NCBI GenBank assembly: GCA_041650315.1
Contig: JBAZLJ010000001.1
Location: 280,259 to 344,258 of the forward strand
Length of the DNA stretch: 64,000 nucleotides
Direction: 5' to 3'
Source: Candidatus Woesearchaeota archaeon
GTDB lineage: Archaea; Nanobdellota; Nanobdellia; Woesearchaeales; JAGVYF01
Positions 9,313 to 18,482 of this stretch are shown here, piece after piece. The notes below the pieces were generated by a model, which did not search any database, had not been told where the DNA came from, and saw only the letters and a program-made list of their open reading frames with translations. The translations under genes were made by a program, and so were the position numbers. The stretch's first letter is position 1. Each line of letters opens with the position of its first letter.

Positions 9313-9559
9313 GGGCTCTGTAGAAAATCTCGTTATCACACAAGAACTGCTATGCAGTTCTGTGCACAGAAGCACTTTGTGCTTCTTGTGCTCGCCACCA
9401 ACAGCAATTTGACCTTGCTAGGTCAATTCTCAAATAATGTTTGAGAAAATGTTGCTATTTCAAAAGTGAGGGTGCTATATCGTCATAGACTTCTATAACG
9501 CACTTGATGTTAGAATTGAGAACATTTTGAGAAGGTTGGTGGACTTTTCTACAAAGCCA
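9313..9559. mobile_element. MITE-like element E3
   Basis: TIR GGCTCTGTAGAAAA / TTTTCTACAAAGCC (13/14); direct repeat TTCTGAT at 9306-9312 and 9560-9566; nested internal stems such as CCACCAAC/GTTGGTGG. Confidence 0.7.
9339..9390. repeat. Inverted doublet of 26-nt hairpin units (REPIN-like module), copy 2
   Basis: CACAAG AACTGC TAT GCAGTT CTGTG followed by the inverted unit CACAG AAGCAC TTT GTGCTT CTTGTG. Confidence 0.85.
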
Positions 9560-9605
9560 TTCTGATACAAAGTCTTATAAATAATCTATATTCTCTAGTA
9601 GCTAT

Positions 9606-10829
9606 ATGGCAACTAAATCAAAATCTCATAAATGTGAATTGTTAGCGCCAGCTGGAAATCGCGAAATGCTTGTTGCGGCTATTGATGCAGGATGCGATTC
9701 AGTATATTTCGGCGTGAAGTCGTTCAATATGAGAGTGAATGCCGGCAATTTCTCGGTTTCTGAACTTCCTGATGTTGTTAAATATTGTCATGCGCATAAA
9801 GTAAAAGCTTACTTGACTCTGAATTCTATCATATACGATAATGAGCTTGCTGAGCTTGATACTGTTTTGAAAGCTGCGAAATCTGCTAAGATTGATGCAA
9901 TCATATGTTGGGACATGTCTGTGCTCAGATTGGCGCAGAAATACAAATTGGATGTTCATCTTTCTACGCAGGCTTCTGTCAGTAATTTTGAAGCTGTTGA
10001 ATATTATGCGAAGTTGGGGGTTAAACGTATTATCTTGGCTAGGGAGCTATCGCTTTCACAGATTAAGTCTATAACTGACCAGATTATTAAACGTAAACTT
10101 AACGTTTCAATCGAGACTTTTGTTCACGGCGCGATGTGCGTTGCGGTTTCTGGACGTTGCTTTACATCGCAGTTTTTATTCAAGCGTTCTGCTAATCGCG
10201 GGGACTGCCTTCAACCATGCAGGCGCGCGTATAAAGTCACGGATATGGAGACTGGCGGAGAAGTAAAACTTGACAATAATTATGTCATGTCTGCTAAGGA
10301 TCTATGTGCGCTGCCATTCATTGATAAATTGAAGGATGCGGGGATATCTGCGTTTAAGATCGAGGGCAGATGCAGAAGTCCTGAATATGTGAAGGTTGTT
10401 ATTTCTGCGTATAGGAAAGCGATTGATAATGCGCTGAGTGAAGTTCAGAAGAAGGAATTGATTGCTAAGCTGAAGAGTGTATATAATCGGAAGTTTTCAT
10501 CTGGTTTCTATCTTGGTCTTCCTACAAATGATGATTTCACTGATATTTATGGAAGCGCTGCTACTTACGTTAAGGAGTATATCGGCTATGTATGCAATTT
10601 CTACAGCAAAATAAATGTGGCAGAAGTTAATATAGAATCTAACGGACTTAAGGTTGGCGATCATCTGATGATAATCGGGCCTACAACCGGTGTAAAAGAG
10701 CAGAAGCTGTCATCCATTGAGATAAACCATCACAAGATAAAATCTGCGAAAAAAGGCAGGCATATCGCTGTTAAACTGAATTTCTTAGCGAGAATCAATG
10801 ACAAAGTATTTGTGATAAGAAAAGCGTAG
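9606..10829 (+). CDS. Peptidase U32 family protein (tRNA/rRNA hydroxylation-type)
   Basis: ELLAPAG, HLSTQ, LARELS, FVHGAMCVAVSGRC, NRGDCLQPCR, KIEGR. Confidence 0.92.
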   Translation: MATKSKSHKCELLAPAGNREMLVAAIDAGCDSVYFGVKSFNMRVNAGNFSVSELPDVVKYCHAHKVKAYLTLNSIIYDNELAELDTVLKAAKSAKIDAIICWDMSVLRLAQKYKLDVHLSTQASVSNFEAVEYYAKLGVKRIILARELSLSQIKSITDQIIKRKLNVSIETFVHGAMCVAVSGRCFTSQFLFKRSANRGDCLQPCRRAYKVTDMETGGEVKLDNNYVMSAKDLCALPFIDKLKDAGISAFKIEGRCRSPEYVKVVISAYRKAIDNALSEVQKKELIAKLKSVYNRKFSSGFYLGLPTNDDFTDIYGSAATYVKEYIGYVCNFYSKINVAEVNIESNGLKVGDHLMIIGPTTGVKEQKLSSIEINHHKIKSAKKGRHIAVKLNFLARINDKVFVIRKA

Positions 10830-10831
10830 AA

Positions 10832-11584
10832 CTAATAATAGGATTTAGCTTTATTCTTGACAAGCTTAACTGCTTTCTTCTTAATTGGTTTGATTTTTTT
10901 TGTTGATACTTTTGCTTTTTCTGCAACTTTCGCAATCTTAGCGACTTTCTTAGCTTTGACTTTCGCGATTATTTTTTTAACTATATTCTTCTTCACGCTT
11001 TTTTTGCTTGCGTTGACTTTCATCTTGCCTGCTTCTTTATGGATGTGAAGCTTTTTCTTTTCAGGCATCAATGGCGCAACTTCGATCTTTAAGAAGTCTT
11101 CAGCTTCTTTGATTTTGTGCTGGATCTTGATTATGTCTTGAGAATTGTCCTGCTGTTGGATAAGCGAACCGCATTCAGGGCATTTGAATTCAAAATTCAT
11201 AGCTTGCTCGAAATCCAGCCTGATACAGCCTTCAGGGCATGCGAAGAATATTGCAGAATTCTCACGTTCAAGCCTTTCTCTGAGTTTGGTGAGTCTTTCT
11301 TTCTGCAGTTTGATTGTAAGATATTTTATTTGATTAGGATTGAATGTCCAGTAATAGATGTACCAACCTTTCACTCTGTCTTTCTTTCTTATGAAATGGA
11401 CCAGATCTTGGTCAAGAAGGCGGTAGAGCATATTCCTTGTAATATTGATCTGCTCTTTCAGAATCTCAGCTATCTTAAACTCGGAAATGTTCTTCTTGTC
11501 CTTTATCGCTAGGATCAACGGAACAGTATCTTCACCGGCTACTGTGCTTATTACTTCTTCAATTAATTTGTTTGTTATCTTCAT
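10832..11584 (-). CDS. tfe: Transcription factor E (TFIIE alpha) with Lys-rich tail
   Basis: Winged helix, KGWYIYYW, zinc ribbon CPEGC...FKCPECG. Confidence 0.9.
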   Translation of the reverse strand: MKITNKLIEEVISTVAGEDTVPLILAIKDKKNISEFKIAEILKEQINITRNMLYRLLDQDLVHFIRKKDRVKGWYIYYWTFNPNQIKYLTIKLQKERLTKLRERLERENSAIFFACPEGCIRLDFEQAMNFEFKCPECGSLIQQQDNSQDIIKIQHKIKEAEDFLKIEVAPLMPEKKKLHIHKEAGKMKVNASKKSVKKNIVKKIIAKVKAKKVAKIAKVAEKAKVSTKKIKPIKKKAVKLVKNKAKSYY

Positions 11585-11756
11585 TTTGCAAGCTGTTCAG
11601 TTTCATCAATAGCTCTTGATACTCTTTCTTCAAACCTTCGTAGTATTTCACTTTGCCAGCATTCAATTGGTTCTTACTGAAGTCCCAATCTAATGTAGCT
11701 AAACGAGGTTTGACTTCCGCAATCTTTGCTTTTATTGTATCTAGTTCTGGGTTCAT
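11559..11756 (-). CDS. Small hypothetical coiled-coil protein
   Basis: ORF overlapping the tfe start; SD-like GAAGGT upstream. Confidence 0.55.
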   Translation of the reverse strand: MNPELDTIKAKIAEVKPRLATLDWDFSKNQLNAGKVKYYEGLKKEYQELLMKLNSLQNEDNKQIN

Positions 11757-11982
11757 GTTTAGACCTTCCCCTATAAGCCGATCTTTCATGCCTCTTTTAA
11801 TTAGAATAGACTATTGGGGACTCTTAATGTAATTCTGGCGATATCGGTTTATAAACATTTCGTTACTATATCTCTAATTACCTATATTATATACTATATT
11901 ACAATAAGGTTTATAAAGAAAACCACTACTTTGAGGTAGTAATATCGATTTAGCGATATATATCATAATCAAATAACCATAT

Positions 11983-13677
11983 ATGGAGGAATCACAAATG
12001 AAAGCGCTTAAAAACTTTTTAGTAATGGCTTTGGCCATGCTAGTGCTTGTAGTTAGTGCAAGTGCAGCGACTTCTTTGACCTTGACTGCTACACCTAGTG
12101 CAGTAACAGTTAACGAAGGTACAGAAGTAAGTATTAGTTTAACCGCAGCAAGCGGAAGTGGAGTATATGCTTACCAAATCACAGGTACAGATATCCCTGG
12201 AGTATCTAATGGAGCAATGACAAGTAATGTATTCACTTGGATCCCAGAATACCTAGAATCAGGAGTATATTTCATTAAATTCAAAGCAACTGAAGGCCCA
12301 AATGACAGCCCAGAATTGAATGTCGCAGTCACAGTCAACGATTATCAACCATTGACTATGGATGCAGATGTCTTAATCGGTGGTCCATCACAGCAAAGGA
12401 GCAATCCACATGCTGAAGATGACAGCAGAAAGACAGTATATGCTGAAAAAGTGTTCAAGATACACAACGACGGCGATTTAGACGTAGTTGTAAGCTTGGC
12501 AACCACAGCAGCATCAGAATATGATGTTACTTTGACACCAGCAACAGGTACAGCAGCAGCGGCTACAGTACCAGCTAACAGCGATCTTACTGTTACAGCA
12601 AAAGGCTTTGTCCCAAAAGACTTGCCATCATTCTTCCCAACAAGAGCTGACTATAATGATAGAAGGAATCTATTGGGCGAATTGAACGTTGCTACAACCA
12701 CATCAGGCATATCAGCATTCAAGACAAACTTGTACATGGAAGCTGAAAACCTATTGATTGCTAAGAAATTGTATGTTTCAGTTGATGGCGATGAGAACAA
12801 GGTATCAGACCTAGAAGAAATCGAAGATGTCAAACCTGACAGCGATGTAGAATTAAGAGTAATCGCTGAAAACAAATATGACAGCAACGACAATGAAGAT
12901 CTAGAGATGAACGATATCGTATTCAATGTCAGAGTAGATGACAGCGACCTAGATGTCGATGAAGACCTTGATTTCGAAGACCTCGGCGCAGAAGAAACAT
13001 CTGAAGATACTATTTCATTCCAGATGGACAGAACCGAAGTGACTGAATCAAATTACTACATGTACGCAGTATTGTCCGGCGAGGACGAGAACGGCGCAGT
13101 AATGGGTGAAAAATACACCATAGAACTTATGGTTGAAAGAAAAAGCCATGAAATCTTGGTAACAGATATCAGCATTTCACCTAGTGAACTAACATGCAAA
13201 GAAACAGCTACATTGAGATTCGATCTTGCTAATATCGGCAAGAAGAATGAAGATGAAGTGTCATTCAAAGTGGACAGCCCAGCATTGGGATTATCCAAAA
13301 TTGAATACGACATAGAGCTGGATACAAGCGATGATGTAACTAGATCAATACAAATTCCTTTGAAGAATGTTAAACCTGGCGATTATGACATCCAGATAAC
13401 TTCTTATTACAATAGGGACGATGTATCTAACGAAGAAATAGCAACATTGCACGTATCAGCATGCGCAACAACTGCACCAGTCGTGACACCAGTAGTAACT
13501 CCAGTAGTTACACCAGTCACAGGCAATACAGCAGTGCAACCACCAGTTACAATAATCCCAGAATTGGAAAGCTTCAATGATTTCCAGAACAGTACAATAT
13601 ATACTGTGCTATTGGGCGGACTTGTGCTAGTGTTGGCTATCGCATTAATAGTGTTGTTAGTCAAATTTGTCTTCTAG
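11983..13677 (+). CDS. Secreted, C-terminally anchored Ig-fold/CARDB-like (S-layer-like) protein
   Basis: Signal peptide, FTWIP Ig repeat, acidic beta-rich domains, NIGKKNE motif, PVVT linker, C-terminal TM; start 11983 or 11998. Confidence 0.75.
   Translation: MEESQMKALKNFLVMALAMLVLVVSASAATSLTLTATPSAVTVNEGTEVSISLTAASGSGVYAYQITGTDIPGVSNGAMTSNVFTWIPEYLESGVYFIKFKATEGPNDSPELNVAVTVNDYQPLTMDADVLIGGPSQQRSNPHAEDDSRKTVYAEKVFKIHNDGDLDVVVSLATTAASEYDVTLTPATGTAAAATVPANSDLTVTAKGFVPKDLPSFFPTRADYNDRRNLLGELNVATTTSGISAFKTNLYMEAENLLIAKKLYVSVDGDENKVSDLEEIEDVKPDSDVELRVIAENKYDSNDNEDLEMNDIVFNVRVDDSDLDVDEDLDFEDLGAEETSEDTISFQMDRTEVTESNYYMYAVLSGEDENGAVMGEKYTIELMVERKSHEILVTDISISPSELTCKETATLRFDLANIGKKNEDEVSFKVDSPALGLSKIEYDIELDTSDDVTRSIQIPLKNVKPGDYDIQITSYYNRDDVSNEEIATLHVSACATTAPVVTPVVTPVVTPVTGNTAVQPPVTIIPELESFNDFQNSTIYTVLLGGLVLVLAIALIVLLVKFVF
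13477..13521 (+). repeat. 12-nt coding tandem repeat (PVVT x3-4 linker)
   Basis: ccagtcgtgaca ccagtagtaact ccagtagttaca ccagtcaca. Confidence 0.8.
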
Positions 13678-13716
13678 AGACAAATTTCTTTTTTTCTTTT
13701 TTATTATTCTCTTTTT
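13663..13716 (+). terminator. Hairpin plus T-tract terminator
   Basis: AAATTTGTCT/AGACAAATTT stem followed by long T-rich tract. Confidence 0.7.
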
Positions 13717-13732
13717 CTTATAATTTAATATT

Positions 13733-13847
13733 TGCCATCAGTTCGCAAGCGTTTAGAATTAGTTGTAATTGGCCTTCCCTCGGATAGGGGACAACCTCCC
13801 TTGCCATTAATGCGTATTAAGCAGTATTTTGCTCACTAAGGATGGCA
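13733..13847. ncRNA. Dispersed structured motif, copy A (function unknown; strand uncertain)
   Basis: TGCCATC...GATGGCA closing stem; conserved GTTCGC, TGGC, CAAC, TTGCC, GCTCAC blocks shared with 32468-32582 and 35391-35505. Confidence 0.65.
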
Positions 13848-13881
13848 AATATTTATTAAGTAATTAGACGTAAGTTTCTCT

Positions 13882-14436
13882 ATGTTCAATGATAAAGACG
13901 GAAAAGAATTGCTTAAGTTGGCTCGTGCAGTGATAGAAGCTGAACTTAAGAAAGAAGTGTATATTGTTTCTGATTCAGTTAAGAGCAAGTATAAGCAGGC
14001 GCAGGGTTTGTTTGTGACTATGCGCAAGAATGGTATGGATAGAGGCACTTTCGGTTATCCAGAGACATTATTTCCTCTTTGGAAGTCTGTTGTCCAGGTC
14101 GCTAAGGCTGCTGCTTTCAATGACAACAGGTTCCCTCCAATTGGTTTGGTTGAACTGAAGGACGTGAAGATAGAAATTACAATACTTTCTACATTGGAAT
14201 TGGTTTCTGAACCTATCTCTAAATATTCCGAGCAGATTGACCTAGAGAATCACGGGTTGATGCTGATATCTGCGCAAAGCAAATCATTGCTGTTGCCATC
14301 ATTGCTTCGGAAATACGCGCATACGCATGAAGAAGCTTTGGATCTTTTGTGTCAAGGCGCAGGATTGCCTAAGCATGCTTGGTCGGATTCAGCGAATAAA
14401 ATCTACAAGTTCGAAGTAGTTACTTTTATAGAATAA
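13882..14436 (+). CDS. AMMECR1-domain protein
   Basis: LLKLARAVI, GLFVTM, AAAFNDNRFPP, IEITILS, LLLPS, LCQGAGL. Confidence 0.88.
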   Translation: MFNDKDGKELLKLARAVIEAELKKEVYIVSDSVKSKYKQAQGLFVTMRKNGMDRGTFGYPETLFPLWKSVVQVAKAAAFNDNRFPPIGLVELKDVKIEITILSTLELVSEPISKYSEQIDLENHGLMLISAQSKSLLLPSLLRKYAHTHEEALDLLCQGAGLPKHAWSDSANKIYKFEVVTFIE

Positions 14437-14445
14437 AATTAAAAC

Positions 14446-14706
14446 TTAGAATAATTTTTTAAATTTGTCAAGCTCTTTCTGGAGCTCTTTTGCAGCATCT
14501 GCAATTACTTTCTTAGGTTCTTTTGATTTGGTCTCAAGTATGAATACAGGACTGCCGATAAGAGGATGGTCTATCTTATAGCTCGCTAGCTTTACATCTT
14601 CGTTGTCAGTCAATTGCTGTTTTAGAGCATTGCAGAAAGTGTGATCTTCTCCTTTGACTTCGAAAATCATCCTGGTTTTTGATTCTTCAATTACTTTGAA
14701 TTCCAT
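14446..14706 (-). CDS. rpoL: DNA-directed RNA polymerase subunit L (Rpo11)
   Basis: GEDHTFCNAL, ASYKIDHPL. Confidence 0.95.
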   Translation of the reverse strand: MEFKVIEESKTRMIFEVKGEDHTFCNALKQQLTDNEDVKLASYKIDHPLIGSPVFILETKSKEPKKVIADAAKELQKELDKFKKLF

Positions 14707-14761
14707 GGTTGTTATGGATTTGACTGGTATTTATAAAGCTTTCTGAGGGTTTTGCCTAATT

Positions 14762-15385
14762 CTATATGCTTTTCCTTCTTAATACGAAACAGGCAACTTT
14801 CACGTCTTTGATTCGTTTAGTATGGAATTCCATGCTTCTTTTGATTAGGAAGTGAAATCCTATTGTATCTACAAGTCCGAAACCGCGGTCATTGGCAAGC
14901 TTCTGCACGAAGTTCTGGCTTTCAATCTTATGCAGCGAGTAGATATTGTCGCTTATTTCCATAGCTTTTTCTAAGAATTCTTTGTCGGCATGCTCTTTCT
15001 GCACGCCAAAAGGAGGATTCTGGATGATTGTGTCAACTTTAGTTCTGAATTCAGAAATTGGCTTGTTTATGTAGGTAATTGGGAGTTTTATTCCATATTC
15101 TTTCTCTATGGTTTTTTGATTCTCTTTCGCTATTTTTATCGCATTCTCGTCAATCTCTACCATATAGACTTTCTTTGCGCCGAGTAGCGCCGCCCCTATT
15201 CCGAGTATGCCTGTGCCTGCGCCTAGATCAGCTATTGTCTTGAGATTGCCGTCCATATAGCATTTCCATAGCATGACTGCAGCTATCTCTGACCAAGTAG
15301 GATATTGCTCCAGGTCTGCTCTAGGATTCTCGAATACCTTGAGCTTTGACAGGATTATAGCGAGTTTGATCTTGTTGAGCATCAT
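14762..15385 (-). CDS. METTL5-like SAM-dependent N6-adenine RNA methyltransferase
   Basis: LEQYPT, DLGAGTGILG, NPPFG, YSLH; ORF extends to 15475. Confidence 0.9.
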   Translation of the reverse strand: MMLNKIKLAIILSKLKVFENPRADLEQYPTWSEIAAVMLWKCYMDGNLKTIADLGAGTGILGIGAALLGAKKVYMVEIDENAIKIAKENQKTIEKEYGIKLPITYINKPISEFRTKVDTIIQNPPFGVQKEHADKEFLEKAMEISDNIYSLHKIESQNFVQKLANDRGFGLVDTIGFHFLIKRSMEFHTKRIKDVKVACFVLRRKSI

Positions 15386-15486
15386 ATGCGTTTGATTATC
15401 TCTCTTCCTTTTAATTTTTGCTGAATAATGGCTATTCTCATCTTTCGCTATAAAATTCATGATTGTTGCAGACATCGCTTAATCCA

Positions 15487-15538
15487 CCGAAAGCTATATA
15501 AGTATGTAAGTGTATGTATAAATATGTAATAGTATGAA
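15487..15538 (+). promoter_or_regulatory. BRE/TATA followed by phased TATGTA repeats (putative RHH operator)
   Basis: CCGAAAGCTATATAAG, then TATGTA at 15503, 15513, 15523 and TATGAA at 15533 (exact 10-bp period). Confidence 0.55.
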
Positions 15539-15576
15539 ACAGTCAAAAAGCCAGACTATTACAAATACGCCAAATT

Positions 15577-15618
15577 GCTGACATTGCCGGGATGCCAAAA
15601 ACCCGGCGGTTAGCTTTT
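15577..15618 (+). terminator. GC-rich leader hairpin followed by TTTT (attenuator-like)
   Basis: GCTGAC-ATTGCCGGG...CCCGGCGGT-TAGC-TTTT in an AT-rich leader. Confidence 0.45.
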
Positions 15619-15640
15619 CATTCCTAATTCACGTGAGACC

Positions 15641-15817
15641 ATGACCAAAGAAAGGATCACTATAACAATCGACAAAGAGTTGTTGAAATGGCTCGATAAG
15701 AAGGTCGATGAAAGGGTTTTCGCTAATCGCAGTCATGGCCTTGAATTCTTATTGCAGCAGAAGATAAACAGCGAAAGCAGCATTGTCAGCAGAGGTGGCA
15801 TCGATGGACTTCTATAA
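15641..15817 (+). CDS. Ribbon-helix-helix (CopG/NikR N-terminal-like) regulator, 58 aa, not in ORF track
   Basis: MTKERITITIDKELLKWLDKKVDERVFANRSHGLEFLL...; GTGA SD; overlaps ATPase start. Confidence 0.85.
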   Translation: MTKERITITIDKELLKWLDKKVDERVFANRSHGLEFLLQQKINSESSIVSRGGIDGLL

Positions 15818-18482
15818 AGAAGAGATCGGACCATTGTACAAGAAATTCAATTCATCTTCACTAGGCCTAACTACAAAACGCGCGAATATATCTCTAGCGC
15901 ATCATGGTAAAAACGAATTAACCCAAAAAAAGAAAATAAACCCCCTTGTAATTTTTTTAAGCCAGTTCAAATCGTTCATAATCTATATTCTATTGCTGGC
16001 TTTGTTTATTTCTTTGGCATTGGGTTATATCAATGAAGATCCGCAGGATAAATATGACAGCTATGTGGATGCTTTTGTTATTTTTGTGATTCTATTCCTT
16101 AATGCATTGCTTGGTTTCATACAAGAGTATCGAGCTGAAAAATCCATTGAAGCTTTGAAGAAGTTGGCTGGATTGAAAGCGACAGTTATACGTGACGGCA
16201 AAACCCAGGATATTGACGCTTCACTTCTTGTGCCAGGCGATGTGATTATATTAGAAACCGGTGATAAGGTGCCGGCAGATGCTCGTATGATTGAAGCGAT
16301 TAATCTCGAGACGCAGGAAGCTCCACTTACGGGAGAATCAATGCCTGTGGCAAAGATCAGTAATGTGATAGATAAGACAGTTGGTGTCGCTGAACGAAAG
16401 AACATGGTTTATTCTGGTACGATTATAACTCGCGGACGCGGAAAAGCGCTTGTCTGCGCGACCGGTATGCATACAGAATTGGGCAAGATTGCCCGGCTTA
16501 TCCAAGAGCAGGATTCTATGATAACTCCTTTGCAGCAGAAGCTTGAGCAGCTTGGTAAGATGGTCGGATATATTGTGCTAGGCATAGTTTTCATAGTATT
16601 CTTATCGGGTATATTTAGAGGCGTTGCGATTAATGATATGTTCATGGCGGCAGTCGCGTTAGCCGTAGCGGCAGTTCCTGAAGGATTGCCCGCAGTTGTC
16701 ACTATCTCTCTGGCATTGGGTGTGCAACGGATGATAAAGAAGAATGCTTTGATAAGGAATCTTCCCTCTGTGGAGACTTTAGGTTCTACCACTGTGATAT
16801 GTTCTGATAAGACTGGGACTCTCACAAAGAATGAGATGACTGTGAAGGAAGTATATGTGAACAATGAGATTGTTGAAGTCTCTGGCTCAGGTTATTCCCT
16901 TGACGGCAGATTCTCGAAGGATCCGAAGCATTTTGAGATGCTTTTGAAATGCGGGGCGTTATGTAATGATGCTCTGCTTGACGGCACTGTAATCGGTGAT
17001 CCAACTGAAGGCGCATTGATAGTCAGCGCTGGCAAAGCAGGATTACGAAAAGAAGATCTTTCTAAAAAATATCCTCGTGTGAATGAGATACCTTTCGATT
17101 CTGAGCGCAAGATGATGAGCACGATACATTCTGACGGCGAGAAAAAAATAATGTTCACAAAAGGTGCGCCTGAGAATGTTTTGAAGTGCTGCAATTCAGT
17201 TTTGGTGAACGGCAGGATAGAGAAACTTGATGATTCAATCATTCAAAGTATTCTGCGGAACAATATAATTCTCGCGAATAAGGCTTTGCGTGTCCTTGGT
17301 TTCGCTTATCGTGAATCGGCAGGTGATATTTCTAAGGAAGAAGGTCTTGTATTCTTAGGATTGCAGGCGATGATGGATCCGCCGCGCGAAGAGGCTAAGC
17401 AGGCAGTTGAGAAATGCAAAAGCGCAGGCATACGCGTAGTGATGATTACCGGAGATCATAAGGATACTGCTGTTGCTATAGCCAATGAATTGGGTATTAT
17501 CGGCAAGGCGATGACGGGCGATGAACTTGAGAAGATTACCAATCTTGAGAAAATTGTCGATGAGATTGGCGTCTATGCTCGCGTTAATCCTGAACACAAA
17601 TTAAAAATTGTTCAAGCTTTGCAGGCTCGCGGTCATGTGGTTGCTATGACCGGAGACGGCGTGAATGACGCGCCTGCTTTGAAAAAAGCTGATATAGGAA
17701 TTGCTATGGGAATAACCGGCACTGATGTGGCGCGTGAAGCGTCGCAGATGGTGCTGACTGATGATAATTTCGCTTCTATCGTGAACGCTGTCGAAGAAGG
17801 CAGAGGGATATATGACAATATCAAGAAATTCGTATTCTATCTGGTCTCTTCAAATCTAGGGGAAGTGTTGGCTGTGTTCATGGCTATATTGATTGGGGCT
17901 TATAGTGCTGATGGGGTCCTTATAGTTCCTCTTATTGCTATCCAAATATTATGGATAAATCTGTTGACTGATGGACTTCCTGCTCTTGCGCTTGGCGTGG
18001 ATAAAGCAGATACCGATATAATGACCCGCAAGCCTAGACCCAAAGGCGAAAATATCATTAATAGCTATAACATGGCAGTAATGTCTGGAGTGGCTGTCAT
18101 CATGATGGTCGTCACTCTTATGATGTTTTTCAATTATGATCCTGCAGTCAACACTCGTTATGCGCAGACTATCGCTTTCACGTCTCTTGTCATGCTGCAG
18201 ATGTTCAATGTGTTCAATGCCACATCCGAATATCAATCTTTCTTCAAGAAGGGATTGTTCGAAAATCCTTATCTTATACTTGCGATAGCAATGTCATTGA
18301 TACTGCAAGCGGTTATCATGTATACTCCATTCTTCGCATCGATATTCAAGGTGGTGCCATTGGCTCTTGCGGATTGGGGCCTGATTGCATTGATGTCCTC
18401 ATCTGTGCTTTTGTTCGGAGAAACCATAAAGTTAATTAAAAGAAGAATCTATGATAATGGAGAACTAAAATGGCTGAACTGA
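15804..18482 (+). CDS. P-type (IIA) cation-transporting ATPase, Ca2+-type
   Basis: [42 protein letters not shown]. Confidence 0.96.
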   Translation: MDFYKEEIGPLYKKFNSSSLGLTTKRANISLAHHGKNELTQKKKINPLVIFLSQFKSFIIYILLLALFISLALGYINEDPQDKYDSYVDAFVIFVILFLNALLGFIQEYRAEKSIEALKKLAGLKATVIRDGKTQDIDASLLVPGDVIILETGDKVPADARMIEAINLETQEAPLTGESMPVAKISNVIDKTVGVAERKNMVYSGTIITRGRGKALVCATGMHTELGKIARLIQEQDSMITPLQQKLEQLGKMVGYIVLGIVFIVFLSGIFRGVAINDMFMAAVALAVAAVPEGLPAVVTISLALGVQRMIKKNALIRNLPSVETLGSTTVICSDKTGTLTKNEMTVKEVYVNNEIVEVSGSGYSLDGRFSKDPKHFEMLLKCGALCNDALLDGTVIGDPTEGALIVSAGKAGLRKEDLSKKYPRVNEIPFDSERKMMSTIHSDGEKKIMFTKGAPENVLKCCNSVLVNGRIEKLDDSIIQSILRNNIILANKALRVLGFAYRESAGDISKEEGLVFLGLQAMMDPPREEAKQAVEKCKSAGIRVVMITGDHKDTAVAIANELGIIGKAMTGDELEKITNLEKIVDEIGVYARVNPEHKLKIVQALQARGHVVAMTGDGVNDAPALKKADIGIAMGITGTDVAREASQMVLTDDNFASIVNAVEEGRGIYDNIKKFVFYLVSSNLGEVLAVFMAILIGAYSADGVLIVPLIAIQILWINLLTDGLPALALGVDKADTDIMTRKPRPKGENIINSYNMAVMSGVAVIMMVVTLMMFFNYDPAVNTRYAQTIAFTSLVMLQMFNVFNATSEYQSFFKKGLFENPYLILAIAMSLILQAVIMYTPFFASIFKVVPLALADWGLIALMSSSVLLFGETIKLIKRRIYDNGELKWLN

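Noticed and set aside
13733..13847. Motif A-C as a 5'-UTR riboswitch, SRP RNA or tRNA
   Set aside because: Copies lie upstream of the downstream genes' TATA boxes; SRP helix 8 (CAGG...GNRA...AGCA) and tRNA cloverleaf/T-loop signatures are absent
13723..13858. Target-site duplication around copy A (ATTTAATA / ATTTATTA)
   Set aside because: Low-complexity AT sequence; no equivalent around copies B, C or D
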